Positions 40,755-52,447 of a DNA stretch of 64,000 nt are shown piece by piece. This DNA is from an uncultured Planctomycetaceae bacterium (GTDB taxonomy: Bacteria; Planctomycetota; Planctomycetia; Gemmatales; Gemmataceae): NCBI GenBank assembly GCA_963763045.1, contig CAVXNL010000019.1, positions 29,788-93,787 of the forward strand, written 5' to 3'. Position numbers and translations under genes: made by a program. The notes below the pieces were generated by a model. The model did no database searches, was not told the DNA's origin, and saw only the letters and a program-made list of their open reading frames with translations. The first letter of the stretch is position 1, and each line of letters starts with the position of its first letter.

Positions 40755-41225
40755 CTAATGGTCCATCCTCCCCATCTCGTCCGACTGGCCCGCTCGGTGG
40801 GAGTCGATTGCAGCATCACGGAGGGCCACGAGCTTGTCGCCCTTGAAGAAGGACTCGTCCGTAGTCAGCATGTCTTCGGCCTCGGTGATGTGCCGGCGAA
40901 GTTCATTCGCACCACTGACGGAATAGCCATCCACTTCGAGGTGATCGATGGTTGCAGTCCAGTTGGAGGCTCCGCGCTTCCAATCCGGAAGAACCTTGCC
41001 CAGCAACTCCTCAAATCCAGGCTGGTATTCAAGCTGTCCGGTGTAGACGAGTGATCGCCACTTCTCATCCAGTTGAATGATCTGATCGAACAGGAAATTC
41101 AGGAACGCCACGTGGTGTTCAGTTTCAAAGCAGCGCGTCGCCGCATCGCACTCGATTTTCCAGGGTTCTTCGCGCTCTTCCGAGAGAATTTGAACTTGCC
41201 TTCTGAGCAATTGCAATAAAATCAT
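40755..41225 (-). CDS. hypothetical 156-aa protein immediately upstream of the RelE-like toxin (candidate atypical antitoxin)
   Basis: MILLQLLRRQVQILSEEREEPWKIE...SFFKGDKLVALRDAAIDSHRAGQSDEMGRMDH*. The stop lies 29 nt before the toxin start. No HTH or RHH detected. Confidence 0.4.
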   Translation of the reverse strand: MILLQLLRRQVQILSEEREEPWKIECDAATRCFETEHHVAFLNFLFDQIIQLDEKWRSLVYTGQLEYQPGFEELLGKVLPDWKRGASNWTATIDHLEVDGYSVSGANELRRHITEAEDMLTTDESFFKGDKLVALRDAAIDSHRAGQSDEMGRMDH

Positions 41226-41388
41226 GGGACGTGCCTCCGCTGAATAAAGCGCAGTTACCGAAAAATGTTCACGCAAACGCGGTGGGGCCGCAAGGGCTCT
41301 CGGACTTACACGTCCCAGAGGTCCTATAAGCCCTATCGGCCCTGGCGGTTTCCCGTTTCATGTCGCGGCGAAACGACGCCTGGAATGT

Positions 41389-44300
41389 TCATTGATCCCC
41401 GGTCAAGTTTGTCGGTTGCGGCAGCGCCTTGACACCGGTCGGCGTCCGCACCATCCCCGACGGCACTCCAACCGAGCTGCCCCAAGACTGGCAGTTTTGC
41501 CACAGCATCTTGTGCAGAGTACCAACCAGGTCCTCGGCCCCTCCACGGATGTGGAAAGGCTCCGGCGTCTTTAGTGAGTTCTTGCGCTCGAAGATCACTT
41601 GCCCGCGCTCATCGGTCAGGACGGCCCGGCAATCAACCATCTGGATCGGTACTTCAATCGTTCTTCGGCCGGCACGGGGACCGATGACGTTATACTGGGT
41701 CTTCTCGCCGGTGTTGCTGCTCCGGCTGGAACGAAATAACCAGTGCCGCCTGCCCCTGGTCGGCGACCTTCAGGCCGTGCTTCCCCAAGCTCTGCTTGAT
41801 GTTCTCCGTGATGCGCTTATGGAAATCAGCGTCTCCTGGAGGGCCGGCACCTTCGACGCGCACGCTGATCGTCATGCCGGGGCTGAGTACGGGCTGAACC
41901 CGCTTGGCGGCCACATCGGCAGCCAGTGTCTTGCTGACAGCGTCGGGGAACGACTGGGCCATCAGCACCGCCGGAGCGTTCGCCTGTCCGGCAAACGTGA
42001 ACCAGTGCCGGCCGTCCGGCGTGCCGGTGGCGTGCTTACCGCCGCCGCCGGGGATGTTGTAACTGAACGTGACCCACTTGAGGTTCAGATCGATGAGCTG
42101 ATTCTGATTCATCAGGTGGTCGGGGCCGCACCACTTCAGTTCGTTGTGGTAGATGTCGTTGGAGATCATCGCGATCGGGAATTCGTCGATCGGTACGCCG
42201 TCCGCGGCGTTCCAGCGGAGGAGGACGGTGCCGCCGTCTTGCTTCTGGACCGCCGCGGCGAACTCCTTGCCGTCCGGCTTGAACGCTGCCGCCCAGACGT
42301 TGGTAAAGACGGGGCCGGTGAAACCGCCCACGCGGTCGCCGGCAGCGGTTAGCATCTCGATCGCGGTGCCGGTATAGATCGCGAAGTATTTGCGGCCGGG
42401 GCTAATAATCGGCACGCCGCGGCAACCGTCCTGAGCCCACACCGCCTTGCACTCCGGCAGATCCCACAATACCAGTTTGCCGGCGGCGCCGAGGGTCAGT
42501 AACCGTTTGGCGTCGAGGAAGCCGATCCAGCGCACACCGGCATCGGCCTCCTTCTCGCACGGCAGCCAGCCGACGAAGTGCTTCTTGTCGGCCAGCGACC
42601 AGACGTCCACGCGCTTGCCATCTTTCGGCTCCTTGACGGCGATCAGGGCGCCGTCGGGGCTGAAGGCTGCGTCGATCTTGAGCTGCTGACCCTGCGGCGG
42701 TTCGGCGCTGAACAGGTCGAGACTGCCGAGGTTCTTGCCAGCGAGCAAGTCGTAGCGGTCGGCGCGGACCTGTTTCTGAACGACGACCTCGCTGGGCGCG
42801 GAGGCGCTCAGGACGGCGGCCTGGGCGGCGTCGGGAGCGAAGAGGATGAGCGCGAAGTCAGCGCCCTTGCCTTGCAAGGGGACGCTCTTGACCAGGGGCT
42901 TGCGGGCGGGTGCGGGATCGATCGCGGCTTTCCAATCGCCTCCGGCACCTGGAGCGGGCAGAGAACGGACCGCCGACCAGTCGGCGGCCTTAATGGGCGG
43001 CAGCTTCGTCGCCGTTGGGTCCTCGCCGTTGCGAATGGCCCGCTGAGCGGCTGCGACCTGATCGCTGGGAAGCGCGTCGACGATCAAAGTCTTAGCGCGA
43101 AAATCACCCTTGACCTGCGCCACGTGTTTCATGCCGAACTGACGGCGCGGCAGCGTGTCGCCGGGGGGCGGCGGCGGTAGCTTCCAGAAGATGACACCCT
43201 TTTCGGCATCGACAAATTGGGAACCGTTGACGAACCAGCCGGAGCCATCGGACAGCCATTCCAGCGGCGCACCTCGGTAGCCGAACGCGGTTGCCAGCCC
43301 CTGGGGAAACTTGTGGGTAAGCTTGACCTTGCCGGTCGTGGCGTCCCAAACGGTAATCTGGGGGGTGGCAACGACGGTGAACATTCCCGCCAGCGACTTG
43401 CCGTCCGAAGAAAAAGCCAGTCCTTGGCAGCCGGGAACGAAGAAGCCCTCTTTCTGAATCACTGCCTCACCGACCGCCATGCCGGTGGTCAGGTCGTAGA
43501 TCAGGATGCGTTCGCCATTCTTGTTGAGGATGGCGAGATACTTGCCGCCGGAGCTTATCGTCATCTGTCTCTTGTCCCCGTTCGCCGGCGGTGTGAACTG
43601 TGCGCACCTCAGCCCCGGTCTTGAGATTCCAGACCTGGAAGACCCGTTCTCCCTTGAGCGTCTTGGACGTCAACAGCTGGCCGTCGGCGATGAAGTCGAT
43701 CGTCTGCAAGCTCGACGTACCCGGTTTCTCATTATCGGCCATGATGTCGCCGATGCGCTGGCCGTTCGCCGTGGACCAGAGTTCCACGACCGGCCTGAAC
43801 TCCTGCGCCGGGCTTGCAAGCAACGAGCGATCCGTCTGGGCTGAGGGCATAAGGCTCCGAGAGCAATTTGCCGGCGCCGAGAGTGAACACGCCGACCTTC
43901 TTGACGTTGCGCAGGTCCCACACCTCGTAGAAGCTGGTCGGCCCTTGCAGCTGCGAAACCAGCACAAACGGACTCGGTGCAGACGGGAAGAGGGCGAGGT
44001 GCGTAAAACCGGCGATGGGGATCGCACCCTTGGTGGCATCGGGCAGAGTGACCGGCTGCGGCAGCGGATCGGCCGTGGCCTTCCAATCGGGAACGACCAC
44101 CGGCGGCACTACGGGGCGCGGCTTCGGATCGGGCTTGAAAATCGGTTCTTCCTGTTTCACCGGGAATTGGGGTTGCGGCCGACCGATTTCTTCGGGTTTC
44201 GGTTGCTGGCCCGGTTTGCGCTGCGGGAAGCCGCCATCCTTCTTCGGCCCCTCATCCTTTGGATTGTTGTTGCCGTGCGGTGGATCGTTGATAGCGACCG

Positions 44301-44645
44301 GTTCCGCCGGCTTGTTGTGCATCAACAGTGCCGCCGTCACGCCGCCGCCGACGAGCAGCACAAACGCCGCAATCCCGCCGACGATCCAGCCGACCGGCAC
44401 GCCGCGCGGCACTTCGAAGTCGTCGTCTTCGTCGCGCCGGCGGCGCGGCCGGACCGGTTCAGAGCGTGCAGGCGCAGCAAGCGGTGCCTTCTGCTTCGTG
44501 ACCACAGCCGGCCGGTTGTTGTAGGCGGCGCACTGGGCACGATGAAGACATTCGCACACTTCTTGCAGCGAACGTCTTTGCCGACGTAGCTTTCGGCCAG
44601 GTGGTAAACAGCGTTGCACTGCTCACAACTCACGCGGATTGTCAT
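41389..44645 (-). CDS. large membrane-anchored protein: N-terminal MJ0042-type zinc ribbon, TM, Pro/Lys-rich spacer, WD40/beta-propeller repeats; frameshifts
   Basis: MTIRVSCEQCNAVYHLAESYVGKDVRCKKCANVF (Zn ribbon), GWIVGGIAAFVLLVGGGVTAALL (TM), then a PKPEEIGRPQPQFP-rich stretch. Repeated WD-like blades follow in ORFs 43732-44619 and 41690-43564. Open continuation to 41389. Confidence 0.6.
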
Positions 44646-44821
44646 GGCGGGTCGGCCCCGAAGGAAGAGGGAAAGAGTCCGAGTAAGATTATCGGATGAC
44701 TGCGTCCATCTTTCTACTGACGACTCTTGGGCTGGTCGTCGGGTTTATCCCGGCGGGCCGCACGGCGGGGATGAGCCCACCGCTCGCCAAGTGTGTCTTG
44801 CGAAAGGCTGGAAACAGTAGA

Positions 44822-45714
44822 CTATTGTCTCTGTCCCATCGGGAGTGTCAACCCCCTGGATGGAAATCGGAAGGGTGGCAGCGCGTTACGGTGGGAGACA
44901 GTACGGGCCGACTGTCGAAGTTGGAAGGGCGAGTGCGAATTACTCCTTGACGCGGTTCTGCGAACCAGCGCGTAGACAGCGTCGTTCATCTTGTGGAGCA
45001 CCTCCGTCGCCGTCTCACGCACGTCGGCGTCCGGATCGTCGAGGCGGCGGCGGACAAGAGCCAGAGCGTTACGGCCGCCGAGCTTGCCGAGGATCGTGAC
45101 GACGTGGCGGCGCACTCCCGCGTCGGTGTGGTGCAGCGCTTCCATGAGTCGCGGCAGCGCCACCAGACCTACACGCACCAGGGCGGCGGCGGCGACGACG
45201 CGGTTCTTGACGTCGTCCTCTCCCAGAGCCACGATCAGGGCTGGCACGGCGGCGGGAGCGGCGGGACCAAGCTCCCTGATCGCAGCCGCGGCGCAGCGGC
45301 GCACCAGGCCACTGGCGTCGTGCAGTGCCTGGATGAGGGCCGGCACCGCCACGCTGGCGTCGGATGCCACCTCGCCCAGGGCCACGACTGCGTGGCGGCG
45401 CACGACTTCGTCGGTATCCTTGACGCAGCGGCTCAACGCTTCGACGGCGGACCCTGCCTCCGGGCCGATCTCGCCGAGAGCCGCGGCGGCCACCCGCCGA
45501 ACCTGCGCATAGCGATCGGTGAGCAACTCTGACAATTCCTGCACAGCGTCGCGCGCCGTGGGCCGATCGAGGCGAGGACCGTCGCAGCGTGCAGCCGGCG
45601 ATTCGGATCGCCATCCTTGAGGCGGTCGATCCACAGCCGCAAGTTCGGCTCCGGGTTGGCGGTCAAGACAATGGCCAAGGCTGATCCCTCAACAGCATGA
45701 ACGCAGAGCGACAC
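44822..45714 (-). CDS. HEAT-repeat (PBS-lyase-like) protein; frameshift near 45500
   Basis: Repeated VRRxAAxALGEIG / VPALIxAL units. The N-terminus is in ORF 45433-45714 (MSLCVHAVEGSALAIVLTANPEPNLRLWIDRLKDGDPNRRLHAATVLASIGP). Confidence 0.6.
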
Positions 45715-45770
45715 TGAATGGGTGATGTGGGACTGTCATCTTCACTCTAACTTCTATCTTGAGTCGATGT

Positions 45771-45786
45771 CGGCAAAATTGCCGAT
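45771..45786. promoter_or_regulatory. perfect 16-bp palindrome TCGGCAAAATTGCCGA in the AT-rich region upstream of the HEAT-repeat gene, with a downstream half-site repeat ACGGCAAAAT at 45805
   Basis: Operator-like dyad 57 nt upstream of the minus-strand start at 45714. Confidence 0.35.
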
Positions 45787-45860
45787 TCCTGATATTTTCT
45801 GCAACGGCAAAATCAGTTCGGAACGTAAGTAAGTATTGTTCCGAGCACGGATACGACAGG

Positions 45861-45962
45861 GCACCGGAGGGATAACACCGTGGTAGGACGGATTTGCAAT
45901 CCGTCCGGGCTAAAACGGACAGATTGCAAATCCGTCCTACCACGGTGTTATCCCTCCGGTGC
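45861..45962. repeat. long inverted repeat: two ~46-bp arms (1 mismatch) separated by a 10-nt loop
   Basis: GCACCGGAGGGATAACACCGTGGTAGGACGGATTTGCAATCCGTCC ...gggctaaaac... GGACAGATTGCAAATCCGTCCTACCACGGTGTTATCCCTCCGGTGC. It lies between the cytochrome c 3' end at 46176 and the HEAT gene 5' end. Confidence 0.8.
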
Positions 45963-46175
45963 CCCGTTTGAACCAGGCCCAGGAGTAACTTTCCGATGAG
46001 GAGACGATGTCCCGGATCGCCAGCCGTTCCGACCTGCTGGAGCGGCTGATGCGAAAGGGAGCGGAGGGGACTGGGCCGGTGGTGCTGGCCGCGGAGAAAA
46101 CGAAATGACTGGCCCGTTCACGTTTCGCGGGACGGTTGCTACCCGTATCCCACGAAACGCAAACGCCGATAGGAT

Positions 46176-47670
46176 TCACGAGCCGCCGAACAGTTTCAGC
46201 AACTCGCCCAACTCCGTCGTGAGCGGATCCGAACCGGTGGGGGTAGTAGTCTTACGAAACTCGGCCGGACTCTCGAACCCCGGAGGATAGGCCAGTAACT
46301 CGTACACCTTCGCAAACTGTTTCTTCACGTCGTCGCTTTTCACGGCGCCGGGATTCGCCTGGTAGAGCGCCGTCAGACCGTAGACCATTTGCGTCGCCTC
46401 ATCCCAACTGAGCGCTGCGAGTTTCTTTGCATCGACGGCGGCGAGGTCCTTCGTCAGCTTGCCGACCTGTTCCTTGCTCAGGCTCTTACTGCTAAGCGAC
46501 CCCAATTTTTCCAGCGTCGCCTCGACCAGTTTGGCTACTTCTTTTCGATCGGGAGACGGCTTGCTCATCAGCCGGGCCAGCGCGGCGAAATCGGGTGCAT
46601 CGGCTCCCAGACTCTTTGCCAGTGTCGGCAGTCCTGTCGAGAACCACTCGTTGTAAGGCAGCCCACCGGGAACACGCTCCTTGATGTCGCGATAACCGGG
46701 CCGGTACCGGAAATCGCTGTGTGACTCCCGTAAGCTGGCGTGGCAGGCGAAACAGTTGTACTCGGCGAACTCGGGCCAGGGTTTCTGCTCGTCCTTGGCG
46801 CGAAAAGCCAGCAGATCGAGAGACGCCCGGGCCGACTCGGTGCGTCCCGCCGCCCACAGTTTCGCCTCGTAATCGGCCGGATACTTGTCGCGGCGCCAGT
46901 GGGCCGGTAAGTTCGCCTGGAACGTGCTCAACTCGAAGACCAGGCGCGGGTGGCCGGCGGCCATCAGGTCGTGGTTCAGATCGCGGGCCGGCACACCGTT
47001 CTTCGGATCGGCAGGGCGCCGACGTGACAACCGGCACAGACCCGCGCCTGCTCCCGCGGATCGCTCATCATCTTCATGCCCTGCTTGTCGTTGCTCGCCT
47101 TCCACCCTTTCAGTGTGTGCGCCGTCAGCCAGCCCGCCGCTCTCGGGGGCGAGTCCGTGGCAGGCTTCGCAGCCGATGCCTTCGGCTTGCAGCGCCCGCA
47201 TTTTGGCACCGTTCCCGACAGCGAACTCCGGCGTCGTGTGGCAGGCGAGACATTTCGGATCTTCGTAGGCGTTTATTTTCTTGCCGCCGTTCAGCGGGGC
47301 GAGGTTCTGGGCGATGCGATCGGCACGCGGCTCGTGCAGTACCTCGTAAGGCGCGGGTGTGCGGGTCGTGGCGCACCCAAGTCGTGAACTCGTTCTGCTG
47401 CACCCCGTCCTTGTTCGCCGTGAGGGCGCCGTGGCAGCCGCGGCCTGCGCAAGACCCACTGCCGGCGAGACCGTGACCGCGTGCGATAAGCGCAAGGATG
47501 TCCGGGTCCTCACTGACTTCAGCTTTCATATTCATGACGACGGCGCCGGCGTTTGCTCCTTCCGGTGCAGGGGAACGGGCCGAGTTGGCTGTACTCACCA
47601 GCGGATAGATCAGGACGGCGGGCAGCAAGCAGACGGCGAGAGCGGCCGACCTTCGGAGATTGTTCTGCAT
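46176..47670 (-). CDS. multiheme c-type cytochrome (secreted); frameshifts near 47130-47360
   Basis: Signal peptide MQNNLRRSAALAVCLLPAVLIYPLVSTANSA. CxxCH motifs CLACH, CEACH and CFACH lie in ORF 46176-47513, with a further GCHG-type site upstream. Confidence 0.75.
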
Positions 47671-48037
47671 GGGGAGCCTCGGCACCGGAGATGCGAGCCA
47701 GATAGACTTGAGGGAAACGATACCGTCCGCGGGTGTGGTTGGCAACGCCATCCCGCCCGTCGAAGATTATTTTCCGAAAGTTGGTGAATCGAGTCGGCAG
47801 ATCGTTGACAGTCATCCGCGCGAGTGATAGATTTGCCCCCGTTCCTTGGCGTTCGCCAAATACTGCGTGAAGCGGCTCTCCTAACTCTTAGGGGATGCCG
47901 TAGCGGCGAGGCGCTCTCGACCAGTCAGGTATCGGCGGTGCGCTGCGCGGAGGTTGCACAGTATTCCCCTCGGGCATGGGAGTCCCTTGTTGTGCTGATC
48001 GATCGCTCGACTTTATCCCAGCACTTGCCGTGGGTCG

Positions 48038-48958
48038 TTGCCAGCGTCGCTGCTGGCTGCGCTCGCCAGTGTCTGGTACTTCGTCGCCAGCGCCAGTGTC
48101 GCAACCTGGCCGGGGGGCAGTAGCTTCCCCGGGTTCACCTTCGGCGTTCTCGGCGGTCTGATCTGCCTGTTCGAGTTCCTGCTCTGGCCGCGCAAGAAGT
48201 TCCGCGCCTGGCGTATCGGCCGGACGCAACACTGGATGCGGGCGCACATCTGGCTCGGACTGCTCGCCGTGCCGCTGCTGATCTATCACAGCGGCTTCCG
48301 CTGGGGCGGTTCGCTCAGCACCATCCTTATGGTGCTGTTCCTTGTGGTGATCGCCAGCGGCGTCTGGGGCCTGGTATTGCAGCAGTTCCTTCCCAGCAAG
48401 ATGCTCATGGAAGTCCCGGCCGAGACGATCTATTCGCAGATCCCGCGTATCTCCGGCATCATGGCGATGGAAGCCGAACGCCTCGTCCTGGCGACCTGCG
48501 GCGGCGAAGGCAACGTGACGCCGACAGATCAAGAAGAAATCGGCGATGTCGGCGTCGCACACATGGTGATCGGCAAGGTGCGGCATGTCGGCGGCGTCCA
48601 GGGCGTGGTGCTCGAAACGTTGGCGCCATCGCAGCCGATCACAAACACCGAGTTCCTCGCCAACGCCTTCCGCGACACCATCCGCAATTACCTGATGCAG
48701 GGGGCCAAATCCGGCTCGATTCTGGCCACGGCGCCGCGGGCCGTCGACTATTTCCGCACCGTCCGCGAGCGGATCAACCCGGATGCGCTTTCGGTCGTCT
48801 CCCACCTCGAAGGGTTGTGCGACCAGCGCCGCCAGTTCGACGCCCAGGAGCGGATGCACTTCTGGCTGCACAACTGGCTGTTCGTGCATCTGCCGCTATC
48901 GGTGGCCCTGATTCTGTTGATGTTCGTGCATGTGTACGTGACGCTTAAATACTGGTGA
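48038..48958 (+). CDS. integral membrane protein (4-6 TM) of unknown function, between the two cytochrome c genes; possibly a b-type-haem or quinone-interacting partner
   Basis: Hydrophobic segments LAALASVWYFVASASV, VLGGLICLFEFLLW, IWLGLLAVPLLIYH, TILMVLFLVVIASGVWGLVL, LFVHLPLSVALILLMFVHVYV, plus conserved His/Trp. Confidence 0.45.
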   Translation: MPASLLAALASVWYFVASASVATWPGGSSFPGFTFGVLGGLICLFEFLLWPRKKFRAWRIGRTQHWMRAHIWLGLLAVPLLIYHSGFRWGGSLSTILMVLFLVVIASGVWGLVLQQFLPSKMLMEVPAETIYSQIPRISGIMAMEAERLVLATCGGEGNVTPTDQEEIGDVGVAHMVIGKVRHVGGVQGVVLETLAPSQPITNTEFLANAFRDTIRNYLMQGAKSGSILATAPRAVDYFRTVRERINPDALSVVSHLEGLCDQRRQFDAQERMHFWLHNWLFVHLPLSVALILLMFVHVYVTLKYW

Positions 48959-49047
48959 TGTGATGGACACGACGAATAGGTCCTCTCGGGCCTATAAGTC
49001 CTATTCGGCTCCAGCCACAAACCCCCGGCCCCCTTGGAAACGAGCAT

Positions 49048-50545
49048 GGCTAACCAGACCCCAGGCGGCTGCGCCGCTCCAAACCGGTAAGGGACGAGCG
49101 ACTCGGATTCCGCTCGACTACTACAAGACCGCCAACCCTCTGGAAAAAGGCAAACTCGTGCTGGCGGGAGTCGCCGTCCTCGGCACCTGCGTCTGGCTGG
49201 CCCTGGGGTTCGCCACGTCGGACGGCGGCCAGTCGCGCTACTCTCGCGGCCAGGTAGCCAAGGTTCACGAGAAGTGGAACAACGACTGCCAGGCGTGTCA
49301 CGTTCCCTTTTCGCCGATCAGCGAGCAGAGCTTGTTCATGAGCCATCCGTCGCCGGCGGACAAGAACTGTCAGGATTGCCACGCCAAGAACAACCGTGCA
49401 ACCGGCGACCATTACGTAGGCCGCGAACCGGCGTCGAACCAACTCAGGAGTTGTGCAGGCTGTCACCGCGACCATCACGGCGCGGAGGCCGATTACTCGC
49501 TCGTCCGCCTGGCTGACGCCGATTGCGCCTCGTGCCACAAGGACCTGAAGAACCACTACGGTTCGGGTAAGCCCATCGTGTTCGCCAACGACGTCACGTC
49601 GTTCGCCAAACACCCCGAGTTCGGTGCTTATTCGAAGGGGGTGAAAGATCCCGGCAAACTGAAGTTCAACCATAAGCTGCACATGCAGCCCGGCCAGGTT
49701 CCGGCTGACGGCATCGGTGCCTACACCCTCGACAAGATCAAGACGCTCGACCGCGGCGCGATGAGCGCTTCAAGGACGCGGCCTGGCAGACGGACAAAGC
49801 GGACACGGCGGCCGTCCAGCTCGATTGCGCCGCGTGTCACGTGCCGACGAAACCGGTTGAACAGGGGGCCTCCACGGCGACGGCGGGCCGTTACATGCAG
49901 CCGATCAAGTACGACGCCCATTGCAAGGCGTGCCATCCGCTGACGTTCGACACCGACAAGGAAGCTCTACCGCATGGTCAACCACTGGCCAAAATCGACA
50001 TCTTGCTCGAAGCGGCGTACAAGGACTACAAGCCCTCGCCGGCCAAGCCGAGTTCACGGCCGCTGCTCTCGAAACCACTCGCCAGCCCCGAACAGATGCG
50101 GACAACTGCGGATCTCGTCAAGGAAGCAAAGCGGTACATCGAGGGAACCCGGGCGGGTTGCGTCGAATGCCACTTCATCGAGGTCCGAGAAGGTAAAAAA
50201 GAGATCGAACCGGTGCATGTTCCGGAGGTGTGGTTCAAACATGCCAAATTCAGTCATCTTGCCCACCCGTCGACGGTAGCCAAGTGCATTGACTGTCACG
50301 GGAAGGCCAAAGAATCCACCGATCATGCCGACGTGCTGATTCCTGACCTCAAGAGCTGCCAGACCTGTCACGCGCCGGAAAAGTCGGAGGGCGGTAGAAA
50401 GATTGGCGGCGCCCGCCATGACTGCACGGCCTGCCATGTGTTCCATCACAATGAGCAGGTGAAACCCGGTGTCGTCGGGCTGGACGCCGATCCGCGGACC
50501 GCGCTGGAGTGGCGCTTGTTGCTGCCGAGTAAATCGAGGAAGTGA
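49048..50545 (+). CDS. membrane-anchored deca-haem c-type cytochrome; frameshifts near 49070 and 49800
   Basis: An N-terminal TM anchor (LVLAGVAVLGTCVWLALGFA), then CxxCH sites: CQACH, CQDCH, CAGCH, CASCH, CAACH, CKACH, CVECH, CIDCH, CQTCH, CTACH. Confidence 0.75.
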
Positions 50546-50718
50546 GCATCGTCCGCCGCTTGCGGCTTAGCGAGGAGCCGCCTTTAAGCAGTGGTTTCAA
50601 AATCTTGTACCGCCGACATTCCTGTCGGCACGGGCCGGCAAGAATGCCGACGGTACGAGGTTTTTTCACCGCGTCTAGGCCGCAAGCGGCGGACAGGATC
50701 TCAGCGAGTGACTATCTC

Positions 50719-51090
50719 ATGATCGTACAAGAACTTCGCCACATCCAGGAACGCTGCGGCTGGCTGCCCAAGGAAGAGATGCGGGCACTGTCGGAACGGC
50801 TGAAAGTGCCGCTGCACCGCTTGCACGAAGTGGCCAGCTTCTATCCGCTCTATCGTCTTGAACCGCCGCCGACCGTCGAGGTGCACGTTTGCCGCGACAT
50901 GGCCTGCCACATCAACGGCGCCGCGCAGCTGACGAGAACCTCGAAGCCTACGGCAAGGAGCTCGGAGGCGAAGAAGGTCAAGGTCTGCGGCGTCTCCTGC
51001 CTCGGCCAGTGCGACAAGCCCGTCGCTGTCATCGTCAACGAGCATCACGTCTACCGCGGCCTCTCCGAAGACGGAGATCAAGCGTACTGA
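50719..51090 (+). CDS. NuoE/HoxE-like thioredoxin-fold [2Fe-2S] subunit; frameshifted
   Basis: MIVQELRHIQERCGWLPKEEMRALSERLKVPLHRLHEVASFYPLY...VHVCRDMACHINGA, then after a shift ...VKVCGVSCLGQCDKPVAVIVNEHHV. Confidence 0.7.
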   Translation: MIVQELRHIQERCGWLPKEEMRALSERLKVPLHRLHEVASFYPLYRLEPPPTVEVHVCRDMACHINGAAQLTRTSKPTARSSEAKKVKVCGVSCLGQCDKPVAVIVNEHHVYRGLSEDGDQAY

Positions 51091-52444
51091 TGCGCACCGC
51101 CCTGAAGAAGGAGCCGCTGCCGCACGAACACGTCGATTCCGCTCCGCTCGGCTGGAAGATCGATCCCTACAAGGGCAAGCCGCAATACGACGCGCTGAAG
51201 CAATACATCGCCGAGAACAAGAACGCTCTCGCGCTCATCAAGAAGCTGGAAGTGTCCAGCCTCCGCGGCATGGGCGGCGCCGGCTTCCCGACGTTCCGCA
51301 AGTGGTCGGCGGTGCGCGGCGCCCCGGCGACGAAAAGTACGTCGTCTGCAACGCCGACGAGAGCGAGCCGGGCACGTTCAAGGATCGCGAGCTGCTGCGG
51401 CGGACGCCGTGGCTGGTCATCGAGGGCATGATCCTGGCCGGCCTCGTCGTCGGGGCCAAGCAGGGCTGGATCTACATCCGCCACGAGTATCCCGACGAGG
51501 AACGAGGCCGTCGAGAAGGCGCTGCACGAGGCCCGCGAGATGGGCGTCCTGCGGCGACAACGTCCTCGGCTCCGGGCATGCCGTTCCAGCTCGAAATCTT
51601 CATCAGTCCCGGCGGCTATGTCCAGGGCGAAGAAAGCGCGCTGCTGGAGGCGATGGAGGATCGCCGCGGCGAGCCGCGCAACAAGCCGCCGTTTCCGGTG
51701 TTCAACGGCCTGTACAACAAGCCGACCGTCATCAACAACGTCGAGACGCTGAGCTGGGTGCCGGGCATCGTGCTGAACGGCGGCGAATGGTATCGCGAAC
51801 CAGGGCATCAACGGCGAACCCGGCATGCGCTTCTGTCTCGGTCAGCGGCGACGTGGTCAAGCCGGGCGTCTACGAGGTGCCGTTCGGCCTGAAGGTGCGG
51901 GAGCTGATCTTCGAACCGGAATACTGCGGCGGCATGCGGCCGGGACGCAGGTTCAAGGCGATCGCGCCGTCCGGGCCGTCCGGCGGCTTCTTGCCGGCGA
52001 TGATCAAGCTGACCAATCTGCCGCCGAAGTTCGTGCAGGACCGCCTCAATAAGCGAAGACGTTGCCTTCGCCTTTCTCGACTTGCCGCTCGGCCTGAACA
52101 CGTTCGACGAGTTCGGCGGCATGCTCGGAGCCGCTCTCATCGTCTACGACGACACGCCGCGACATCGTCGAGAACGCGCTCAATTGCGTCGAGTTCTACC
52201 GCAACGAGTCGTGCGGCAAGTGCGTCCCCTGCCGGACCGGCTCGCAGAAGCTGGTCGAGCTGATCGGCCAGATGATGGACCAGCAAGTTCCCGCGCGACC
52301 CAGCTGCCGCTGGTCGGCGAGCTGGCCGACACGATGTGTATCGCGTCGATCTGCGGCCTGGGCCAGGTGGCATCGAACCCGATCGCCTCGGTGCTGAAGC
52401 ACTTCCCCGAGGAGCTGGATAAGTATATGCGCAACGGCGCGTGA
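51089..52444 (+). CDS. NuoF/HoxF-like NAD(H)- and FMN-binding [4Fe-4S] flavoprotein subunit; at least 4 frameshifts
   Basis: SSLRGMGGAGFPTFRKW, YVVCNADESEPGTFKDRELL, GAKQGWIYIRHEYP, QGEESALLEAMEDRRGEPRNKPPFP, TVINNVETLSWVP, VSVSGDVVKPGVYEVPFG, NESCGKCVPCRTG. The ATG overlaps the NuoE-like stop (TGATG). Confidence 0.8.
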
Positions 52445-52447
52445 ACT

